Shown here: positions 8,184 to 16,063 of the stretch, piece after piece
Layout of the letters: each line of letters begins with the position of its first letter
How positions within the stretch are numbered: position 1 is the first letter of the stretch
IMG/VR virus record: IMGVR_UViG_3300050132_000112
Coordinates: 1 to 64,000 of that record
Length of the DNA stretch: 64,000 nt
Reading direction: 5' to 3' (one strand)
From: a virus
Made by a program: the position numbers and the translations under genes
Notes under the pieces: generated by a model
Told to the model about the DNA's origin: nothing
The model's input: only the letters and a program-made list of their open reading frames with translations
The model's database searches: none

Positions 8184-9095
8184 TTATATTTTAAACAATC
8201 CTTCGTTTATTGGAAGTGTAATTATTTCTTTCTGTGCCTTAACGTTAGGTTTGAACTTCTTAGCTTTTGATTTACACCCTACACACATTGGCATAAATGG
8301 TTCGGCTTTTAGTAGGTTCCCTTGACCGTTCATTTCTTCTAAGTGATAACGGTTTATATTCTGTGCCCAATCCCACGGGAATTTATTTACAACCTCTTTT
8401 CTAATGTCTGTCCACCATTTACCCCATTTAGGGAAGGCTTTAGCGGCTTCTAATCCATTTGCCATGCTTTGCATCGTTCCGCACATACATTCGCCTGAAC
8501 GACCTAATTCTATGCTTACAGGGTTTCGAGTAATATTATTAGCAGATAGATATTCATCACGTTCTTTTGTTGTCCACCAATGAACCATATTAACCCAAAT
8601 ATTTTTAGGTGCAGCAGGGTCGATATTAAAATATTTATCCCCTAAATTATCTGCCCTGTTTTCACTTTCATCAACCCTAACACCGTTTAGCATTAAGATA
8701 TATCTACCTTTAACACCGTGGCGTATATTCTTAGATATTGCTGTTCTAAATGGCTGTGCTTTTAATACATGGTATGATTTAGTATGAGCATCTACACCTC
8801 TACCAAAAAACCCCTTGCGCATTACGTATTTAAAATACGCATCTCCGGCGTTAGCTTCTGCAAACTTAAAACCTGATTTTTCTGCTACCTCATGAACGAA
8901 ATTTCGTGCTTCGTGTATTCCTGTACCTGTTACACCGTGTAATATTAAATCAATTTTAATTCCTAGTTCATTACATATTCTTTCCAATAACCTACTATCG
9001 TCGCCGCCCGAAAGAAGCAAACAAACCGCATAAGGTTGATAAGTAGTCATTGCTTCGTCATATATTTCAAGTGATTGCCTTAATTTATCGTTCAT
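8184..9095 (-). CDS. PAPS reductase-family (PP-loop) protein
   Basis: LLLSGGDDS PP-loop, GVRVDESENR, SGECMCG, C-terminal CxxC. Confidence 0.85.
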   Translation of the reverse strand: MNDKLRQSLEIYDEAMTTYQPYAVCLLLSGGDDSRLLERICNELGIKIDLILHGVTGTGIHEARNFVHEVAEKSGFKFAEANAGDAYFKYVMRKGFFGRGVDAHTKSYHVLKAQPFRTAISKNIRHGVKGRYILMLNGVRVDESENRADNLGDKYFNIDPAAPKNIWVNMVHWWTTKERDEYLSANNITRNPVSIELGRSGECMCGTMQSMANGLEAAKAFPKWGKWWTDIRKEVVNKFPWDWAQNINRYHLEEMNGQGNLLKAEPFMPMCVGCKSKAKKFKPNVKAQKEIITLPINEGLFKI

Positions 9096-9099
9096 GGTA

Positions 9100-9447
9100 T
9101 TAAATATAATCTTGTTCTTCTAAATTGCACGTTACATTTTCAGCTAAAAACATTCTATCTTCATTTAACATATAATCCATATCGTTTATACTGTTAAGGC
9201 TAATCAATAAATCAGCGAAACTATCTAATTGTTCCTCACGCATACAATCATAATACGTTGTGGTTGTTTGTTTGTATGCCTCTTTAATAACCGCAGAACG
9301 AAATAAGAATATTGTTTTGTTGTAGCGACTAACTGTTGATTTTGCGTCCTTGTATGTTACATATTCGCCTATTGTATCAAATCCATTATGGTCTAACACT
9401 TGATACTCATTTGTTGAGTGTTTTGTAAATGATGCTTGAAGTGACAT
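9100..9447 (-). CDS. hypothetical protein, first gene of leftward arm
   Basis: ATG 9447 lies downstream of promoter-like CATCTTTG (9499-9492). Confidence 0.5.
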   Translation of the reverse strand: MSLQASFTKHSTNEYQVLDHNGFDTIGEYVTYKDAKSTVSRYNKTIFLFRSAVIKEAYKQTTTTYYDCMREEQLDSFADLLISLNSINDMDYMLNEDRMFLAENVTCNLEEQDYI

Positions 9448-9953
9448 GCTTGAGAGCGTTAAGTCAGTAGCGTTATTGCTGATTGACAATACAAAGATGA
9501 AACACTTTACAACACTTTCCCACATTATCAATATTTGGAATAACCTAACACCTTTATACCTATAACAACATCACAACTAAGGCATTTATTATAACAAAAA
9601 GTAATGACCTCTAAAACAACTCTTATTCCTACCTGCCGGAGGCTATTAACAAACCAAACTCTACCAATATAACCAACAATCAATTATACGCCCCAAATAT
9701 TCCCTACAACTAATCATCACCACTTAACCACACCAATCTATCACCAATAGCCCAAAGTTGCTACAACCGCCTTAAACAGCGTTATAACCGATAACCATAA
9801 GTTATGATACTTTACCCTATCCATTACTTTTTGTTATGATTTGATGTTTTGTGTCGAAGGGATTATCCACACCCTTTTAACCAGCCTTTCCCCCTCTAAA
9901 CCAACACGATAGGGTAGGGGAGAGGCATAAACAAACTGCATAGTAAAGCAGAC

Positions 9954-9981
9954 AGTTAACATAATATGTATTATGAGGACG
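9954..9981 (-). other. XerCD dif-like recombination site
   Basis: CGTCCTCATAA-TACATA-TTATGTTAACT vs E. coli dif GGTGCGCATAA-TGTATA-TTATGTTAAAT (22/28). Confidence 0.8.
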
Positions 9982-10481
9982 ATTATTACCAAGCAATTAC
10001 CCACCAATCAAGCGGGCACAACAAAGGTTTACCAAGCGCTTAGCAACACCATCCAATTAGCGACCTGCAAAGTGGTTTACCTTTACCATAGCCCAACAGT
10101 CCAACGGGATTAGGTTGTCGAACCTCTTGCCGAAACATTTACAGACGGGGTACGGGTTAGGTCGGCCATCCCCTTTCCCATTTACACGGTGACGGGCTAT
10201 CCATGGGGGATAATGCCTAATCATTGACTCTGTAAAAAAAATTATAAAAATATTTTTGGCACCAAACCTAAGGCAAGTGTGCATTTCTATTTGGTGACAT
10301 TATTAATAAAAGATAGTTTGATTATAATAGAATAAGTAAGTATTGGTGATAATGGTAGTTATCAATTAGTTACAAAGGTGTAAATGCTGGATTTGGGCAC
10401 TTTAATGCTGGGATTCGATACAGCAGATGCTGACTATTTATCTTTTTATTAGTTTTATTTGGATAGATGTATAATAGTTTG

Positions 10482-10489
10482 TACATTTG
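10482..10489 (+). promoter_or_regulatory. Bacteroidota -7 promoter of rightward arm
   Basis: TACATTTG with TTTG upstream at 10458-10461. Confidence 0.65.
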
Positions 10490-10515
10490 TTATACAATAA
10501 TAAAGACAAAGAAAT

Positions 10516-11034
10516 GTGGATAGTAATAAAGGATTGCCAAAGCGTTCAGCTAAAAAGAATGTCTTTAAAGGCAGGCAAGAGTACTTCGATGCTGCAACAG
10601 GCGCTAAGGTTGGTGAGAAGCTTATTTACCGTTCACAGGCCATTAAAACAATATTTGTAACTATGTATCTGAACGACGATAATATGTATGAGTTTATCTC
10701 TGGATTAGGAAATCCGGGGAAAGTGTTGGCTTACATACTGAAAGACTACAATGATAAAACTGGTATGTTTTATTTCAGCAACACGACAAAAGAATTGATG
10801 ATTAAAGAATTGAAATTGTCAATTGGAACCGTTAGAGGAATAGTAAAAGAGTTCGCCACCAAAAAGACCATTATACATGTTGGTGGTAGCGAGTATATGG
10901 TTAACCCTCGCCTGTTTTATAAAGGCGCTCAGATCAACTACGATGCACAGGTAGAGGCTTTTGATGGGCTACACAAAATATCATCCTTTAAAGAAATTGA
11001 ACGTGCTATTGAAAGTAAGGTTGTTAAAGCATAA
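10516..11034 (+). CDS. RepL-like wHTH replication/maintenance protein
   Basis: ELKLSIGTVRGIVKEF HTH followed by YMVNPRLFYKG. Confidence 0.7.
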   Translation: MDSNKGLPKRSAKKNVFKGRQEYFDAATGAKVGEKLIYRSQAIKTIFVTMYLNDDNMYEFISGLGNPGKVLAYILKDYNDKTGMFYFSNTTKELMIKELKLSIGTVRGIVKEFATKKTIIHVGGSEYMVNPRLFYKGAQINYDAQVEAFDGLHKISSFKEIERAIESKVVKA

Positions 11035-11040
11035 ATTGAG

Positions 11041-11574
11041 ATGGGTTACGTTTATTGCCTGCATGATTTTACAAATAATATTTGCCGTATAGGTAAAACA
11101 AAGGCGCATAAAGCGGGTAGAATTAGATCACAGACTGGTTATTATCCATTTGAATTAACACCTGTTAGTGTATATTTTATTGATGAAAGTGCGGCAGAAA
11201 AACATTTTCACAAGACGTTTAAATCTAAAAATGTTAGGGCCGATTGGTTTAAAATAACGCCCGATGATTTTGATGAAGAAGTTAGAAAATATAAATTAAT
11301 AGTAGGAGAGGTAGTTGCTTCAAGGCCTATAGGCGTACAATCAAATGGAACTATTAAATACTGGCGGGTTTTATCTGAAAGTGTAGAACACAAATGTGAT
11401 TTTGTTCACATCAACATTGGCGATGGGCTTTTAAAATTAAAATGCAAGGATAAGTTTGTAAGCCTTCAGTTGGAAGGTGCCCACGGCTATAGAATAGCTA
11501 AAGATGGTAATTGGGTTAAGGCTTTCGCATCAAGAAAGAATAGTTTTAAATTTGTTAAAGTAAGATTTAAATGA
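11041..11574 (+). CDS. GIY-YIG (T5orf172-like) domain protein
   Basis: GYVYCL..RIGKT..EKHFHKTF..ADWF. Confidence 0.7.
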   Translation: MGYVYCLHDFTNNICRIGKTKAHKAGRIRSQTGYYPFELTPVSVYFIDESAAEKHFHKTFKSKNVRADWFKITPDDFDEEVRKYKLIVGEVVASRPIGVQSNGTIKYWRVLSESVEHKCDFVHINIGDGLLKLKCKDKFVSLQLEGAHGYRIAKDGNWVKAFASRKNSFKFVKVRFK

Positions 11575-12365
11575 ATAAGCGAGATAAGCAACAGTTAGAA
11601 ATTTGGCATAACATTTATCAGTTTATGTCGGCAAGTTTTCAAATACAGGATGATGCGTTGCAAATTGATAAAGACAGAGAAGCGTATCATAACGAACAAC
11701 ATAATCGTGAAAAGTGGTTATTAGATAATTGGCAGATAGTTAGGCCGAATAAATCAACAAGGCAACGACGAAATCCTATAAGCATTTTTAATATTAAATA
11801 ACCAAAAACCCAATTTCCAATATTAAAACGCAATAAATCATGAAACTTAACCTACAAGAACTTATAGATAAACTGCAAAAATTAAGGGAGTGGCACAATG
11901 CCGATTCTTTGGTATTTTTTGAGTTAGGTGACGATAATATTTGCGCCATGAAAGATTATTGTATCACAGGTGTTTATACACACGATGAAAATGAAATAGG
12001 CTTAACTGTTGAAGAAAAATGAACCTCATCGACCTACCCATCCGCATACTAACCCTCATCAACCAAGGCATCGTAAAGGTTTACACTTGGGAGGAATATC
12101 AACAATTTAAAAATAGGAAAAAATGAAAACCGAAAAAGAATTATCCTTAAATATAGACGGATTGCTACACAAAATATCCAATGACAATTTAAGGCACGAA
12201 ATTAAAGTTGCATTCCACGAATACCGTGATGAAATGTATAAAAGACTATTAAATTGTAATCAAAACTTAGCCCATCCCGCTTACGGGCACAGTTCGTCAA
12301 CTTCAATAGGTATTGATAACCTTAGAAACGAAACTTTTGACTTTTTAGAAATTCCTGAAAAATAA
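11571..12365 (+). other. run of small hypothetical genes (11571-11801, 11840-12022, 12123-12365)
   Basis: ORF track, co-oriented. Confidence 0.5.
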
Positions 12366-12826
12366 TGCCTAATCGCTCATATAACGCCGTAGTAGTGCAT
12401 ACAGGTGATGATGCTACCTTGCACTTCATTAATGAAAGATATTGCTTCACAGACCTTAAAAATGCCTTTAAAGACGGCGATAAGGTGACTGTTACCATAG
12501 CAACAAGGCGCAAACCTCGTTCATTGAAACAAAACGCAGTCTTGCATTGGTATATAAACGCCATTGCCGATGAAACGGGTATTGATAAAAATGATGTAAA
12601 GGAGGTTTTAAGACACAAATTTTTGGCTGAGGATATATTAGACCAAAACGGGGAGATAATGGCTGACAAAGCCTCTGGTGAGGTTTTAAGGCGGTATAAG
12701 AGCACTACTGAACTATCGACAATCGAAATGCTAACGTTTACAGAAGAAATTAGGCAGTGGAGTTTAGATTTTCTTAACCTACCTCTCCCACTACCAAATG
12801 AAGAAATAGAACTTAAATTTAAATAA
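12365..12826 (+). CDS. NinB-like recombination protein
   Basis: RSLKQNAVLHWYINAIADETG..STTELSTIEM. Confidence 0.7.
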   Translation: MPNRSYNAVVVHTGDDATLHFINERYCFTDLKNAFKDGDKVTVTIATRRKPRSLKQNAVLHWYINAIADETGIDKNDVKEVLRHKFLAEDILDQNGEIMADKASGEVLRRYKSTTELSTIEMLTFTEEIRQWSLDFLNLPLPLPNEEIELKFK

Positions 12827-12828
12827 TT

Positions 12829-13806
12829 ATGAAAAAAGTTTATGCAACAAAAGACGACGACGGACACTGGTATGTGATTCCGTTTGAAATGAAAGACGAG
12901 TTCATGTCCGATTTGGATGGGCTTAGCGACGATAATATTTACGAATGGGAAGATAAATATAGTCAATACATGACAGGCGGCGATTTAAACCTTATTCAAC
13001 TTTACGCTGAAATATAAATTTTAAACAACAATAATCAAAGGTGCTAAGGGCGAGAAGCCGACCCCAAAAGATTTGTTACACCCTAACTACGGTAAGGACT
13101 TTGAACCAAGTGAAGAAAGTTAACATTGTGGCAAAATCTATATTTTTTAAGTTGGAGATATATCCAGTAGAAGTTTTAGCATCATTTGGACAAACCAATA
13201 AGCAACTGTTAAACGATATAACAGAACGTTGGAACGAACCCTCTATATATAGAGATATTGAAGACGGTATTATGGATATGGATTGTGCGAATGCATTGGT
13301 TAAAATATTCGATTGCCAAGTTATCATATTTCGTTTTCAAAATAATCCTTCAAACAGGATAATAGTGCATGAATGTTTCCATGGTGCTTTTAAAATAATG
13401 GATAGAATAGGGCAGAAATTAACTAAAGATAGTGAGGAAAGTTATGCCTATTTAACAGACTTTTTATTCTCTAAAATAACAGAAAAATAAACAAAATAAA
13501 ATAAATACCATGAACACAAAAACAAAACCATCAATGACCTTTAGAGAGTTAAAGGATTTCGTAAATACACTTGAAGATTGGCAATTAGACGAACCAGTAT
13601 TGGCAAGTGGTGAAGAAAGAGGATTTGGCATACAGTCAGCAAGCGTATTAACAGAGGATAATTATGTAGATGATTACGCTATGCAACCTGTTTCTGTTTA
13701 TGAGGAACAGGAAGGTTATCCAATCCCAGAATCACAAGGTTGGGAAATAATACCAAAGGGGAAACCTTACTTATATTTTGATGAATGGATGGATAGTGCT
13801 GAATAA
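12829..13806 (+). other. three hypothetical genes (12829-13017, ~13128-13490 with HExxH motif, 13510-13806)
   Basis: ORF track; IVHECFH..EESYAY zincin-like motif. Confidence 0.55.
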
Positions 13807-13810
13807 TCCC

Positions 13811-13866
13811 TACCTTTGAATCGGTTATAAGGTTTATCCCTGTCGGAGTTCGGCAGGGATTTTTTT
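13811..13866 (+). ncRNA. candidate ~45-nt small RNA (promoter directly followed by terminator)
   Basis: TACCTTTG 13811-13818, then ATCCCTGTCG-GAGTT-CGGCAGGGAT-T run. Confidence 0.45.
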
Positions 13867-13899
13867 GTGTTTAACAGGGATTTTTTTTTATATTTGTAT

Positions 13900-14430
13900 A
13901 TGGAAAAATGGAAAAAAATACCAGACTCAAACTATAGTGTTTCAACGCATGCGAGGATAAGAAATAATTTAACTAATTATATGTTTAAACTCCATGTTAA
14001 TAAACAGGGATACCAAAAGATACATATTAAAGTCGGGGTAGTTGAAAAAAATTTCTTTGTACACAGACTATTGATGGCAGCATTTGTTCCTAATCCCGAA
14101 AACAAACCGTGCGTTAATCATATTAATGGCATTAAAAACGATAATAGATTAGAAAATTTAGAGTGGTGTACAGTACGGGAAAACAATATTCATGCTTTTA
14201 GATGTTTAGGAAAAAGCGCTGAGGGAAACTATTCTAATCTAAAAAATATACCACCACCAGTACCAGTTTATAGCATAGATAGTTTAGGAAACAAGGTAAG
14301 ATTTAATTCCCTAAAGGAAGCCGGTATAAGTATTGGAACTACAGCTGGTCATGTATATAATTCGGTTTATAAAAAGAAAAAAAATGGTAGTCCGTATACT
14401 GCAAAGGGATATTGTTTTGAGTTGGCATAA
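13900..14430 (+). CDS. NUMOD4-HNH homing endonuclease
   Basis: MEKWKKIP..YSVS; VHRLLMAAFVPNPENKPCVNHINGIKNDNRLENLEW; ATG just after TATATTTG. Confidence 0.9.
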   Translation: MEKWKKIPDSNYSVSTHARIRNNLTNYMFKLHVNKQGYQKIHIKVGVVEKNFFVHRLLMAAFVPNPENKPCVNHINGIKNDNRLENLEWCTVRENNIHAFRCLGKSAEGNYSNLKNIPPPVPVYSIDSLGNKVRFNSLKEAGISIGTTAGHVYNSVYKKKKNGSPYTAKGYCFELA

Positions 14431-14506
14431 AATGGCAGGGATTTTTTATTTGAAAATAATTGCAGTTTGCTATTGTGATTTAAAAATAATTAAATATCTT
14501 TGAACC

Positions 14507-14686
14507 ATGGAAGAATTAAAAAAGAACATTGAAGCCTCTGGATTACTAAAGAGTTTCATTGCCGACAAGGTAGGTGTTAGTTCTGCTCACCTATCAATGA
14601 TGCTAAATGAAAAAGCAACAATGCCCGAAGATGTAAGAAATAAGATTACCCTGCTTTTAAAGCAAGCATCTAAAATAGCTTGTTAA
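14507..14686 (+). CDS. 59-aa XRE/Cro-like HTH regulator
   Basis: Hand-translated MEELKKNIEASGLLKSFIADKVGVSSAHLSMMLNEK..; TATCTTTG at 14495-14502. Confidence 0.75.
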   Translation: MEELKKNIEASGLLKSFIADKVGVSSAHLSMMLNEKATMPEDVRNKITLLLKQASKIAC

Positions 14687-14728
14687 TGGGTTTCCTATCA
14701 CCTAATTTTTAAAAATAATTAAACGCAC

Positions 14729-15328
14729 ATGGAGTTTTCAGAAAAACAAATAGAAGATTTAATTTATAATTCCGTTAAAGATGGGAAGTTAAAGCAACTT
14801 TCAGACAGGGGATTATATGGCATTAGTAAGTATAAATTTTTTTCAAGGCAAGTTACGCTTGGCGATTATGGAAGATTAGACTTGGTTGGTCTAAATTATA
14901 GGCATACAAGTGGTTTTAACTATTCAGAAAATAAAACTTTGGAGGTCGGTTTATTTGAAATTAAAAAAGGAATAATAGATGTAAATGCTTTTCTACAAGC
15001 AATAAGATATTGTAATGCAATTAGGCATTACTGTGCCGACTATATTAATGTTGAGTTTAAGATATTTCTTATTGGAACAGGTATTTGCACTGGCGATTTC
15101 TGCTATATTGATTCAATCATTGATAATCTTGAAGTTTATTCTATTAAACTTGATTTAGTAAATGGAATAAACTTTATTAGAGAAACGGGATATAAATTAA
15201 CAGAACCAAAATTTAAAAAACATGATGATTTAGAATTGTCTATATCAAAAATGATTAAAGACAATATAAGGGAACATGTCTTTGGTAAAAAACAGCAGGT
15301 AATAGAGGACGACGAACTTCCATTTTAA
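14729..15328 (+). CDS. PD-(D/E)XK nuclease (NucS C-terminal-like)
   Basis: GRLDLVG..FEIKKG..QAIRY. Confidence 0.65.
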   Translation: MEFSEKQIEDLIYNSVKDGKLKQLSDRGLYGISKYKFFSRQVTLGDYGRLDLVGLNYRHTSGFNYSENKTLEVGLFEIKKGIIDVNAFLQAIRYCNAIRHYCADYINVEFKIFLIGTGICTGDFCYIDSIIDNLEVYSIKLDLVNGINFIRETGYKLTEPKFKKHDDLELSISKMIKDNIREHVFGKKQQVIEDDELPF

Positions 15329-15331
15329 GAT

Positions 15332-16063
15332 ATGGCATACCGATTTAGCGATACTGGAAAATGGGCTGACGAATGGTTTGTAGACCTTTCACCTCTCGAA
15401 AAATTACTGTTCCTATACCTTTGCGATAATTGCGATATAGCTGGCTTTTATGAACTAAGCCTAAGAAAGCTGAACTTCGACACAGGAATATCACCCGATG
15501 AAATTAAAGGGGCTTTAAAGGGGCTTGAAAGGGGCTATATACTTTCGGAAGATAAAAGGGTTTTGTTTTTAAAGAAGTTTGTAAAGCATCAAAAGAATTT
15601 ACCACTAAATCCCGACAATAAAGCCCATAGGGGCATAATTTCGAGGTTTGAGAACTATTCTGATAGGTTTGAAGACGACTTAATAGCATTCGTAAATAAA
15701 GGGGCTTCAATGGGGCTTCAAAGCCCCACAGGTAATGGTATAGGTAATGGTATAGATACAGGTACTATTAAACTATTTACTAAAGAGGTGAAATTTTTTA
15801 AAATTTTTGAAAGGTGGATTAATTATAAAAAGGCTCGTAAGGAAATGTACAAGACGCAAGATTCTTATGAAACAGCATTTAAAAAACTTTTAAAATATAG
15901 CGCAGAAGATGCGGTGATGGCAAACGAAATAATTGATAGTGCAATTGGGAATAATTATTCTGGTTTTTTTGAATTAAGCCAAAAGGACTTAGCAAAAATA
16001 CAAGCCCCTAAACAACAAATCTCTACGACCCGAAAAATTGACCATAGAAACCAACCACAATGA
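15332..16063 (+). CDS. phage replication initiator
   Basis: RFSDTGKWADEWF..EKLLFLYLCDNCDIAG N-terminus; lies immediately before DnaB. Confidence 0.7.
   Translation: MAYRFSDTGKWADEWFVDLSPLEKLLFLYLCDNCDIAGFYELSLRKLNFDTGISPDEIKGALKGLERGYILSEDKRVLFLKKFVKHQKNLPLNPDNKAHRGIISRFENYSDRFEDDLIAFVNKGASMGLQSPTGNGIGNGIDTGTIKLFTKEVKFFKIFERWINYKKARKEMYKTQDSYETAFKKLLKYSAEDAVMANEIIDSAIGNNYSGFFELSQKDLAKIQAPKQQISTTRKIDHRNQPQ

Noticed and set aside
10057-10284. 75-aa minus-strand ORF
   Set aside because: Lies in the atypical terminus-like region with no clear initiation context; probably spurious
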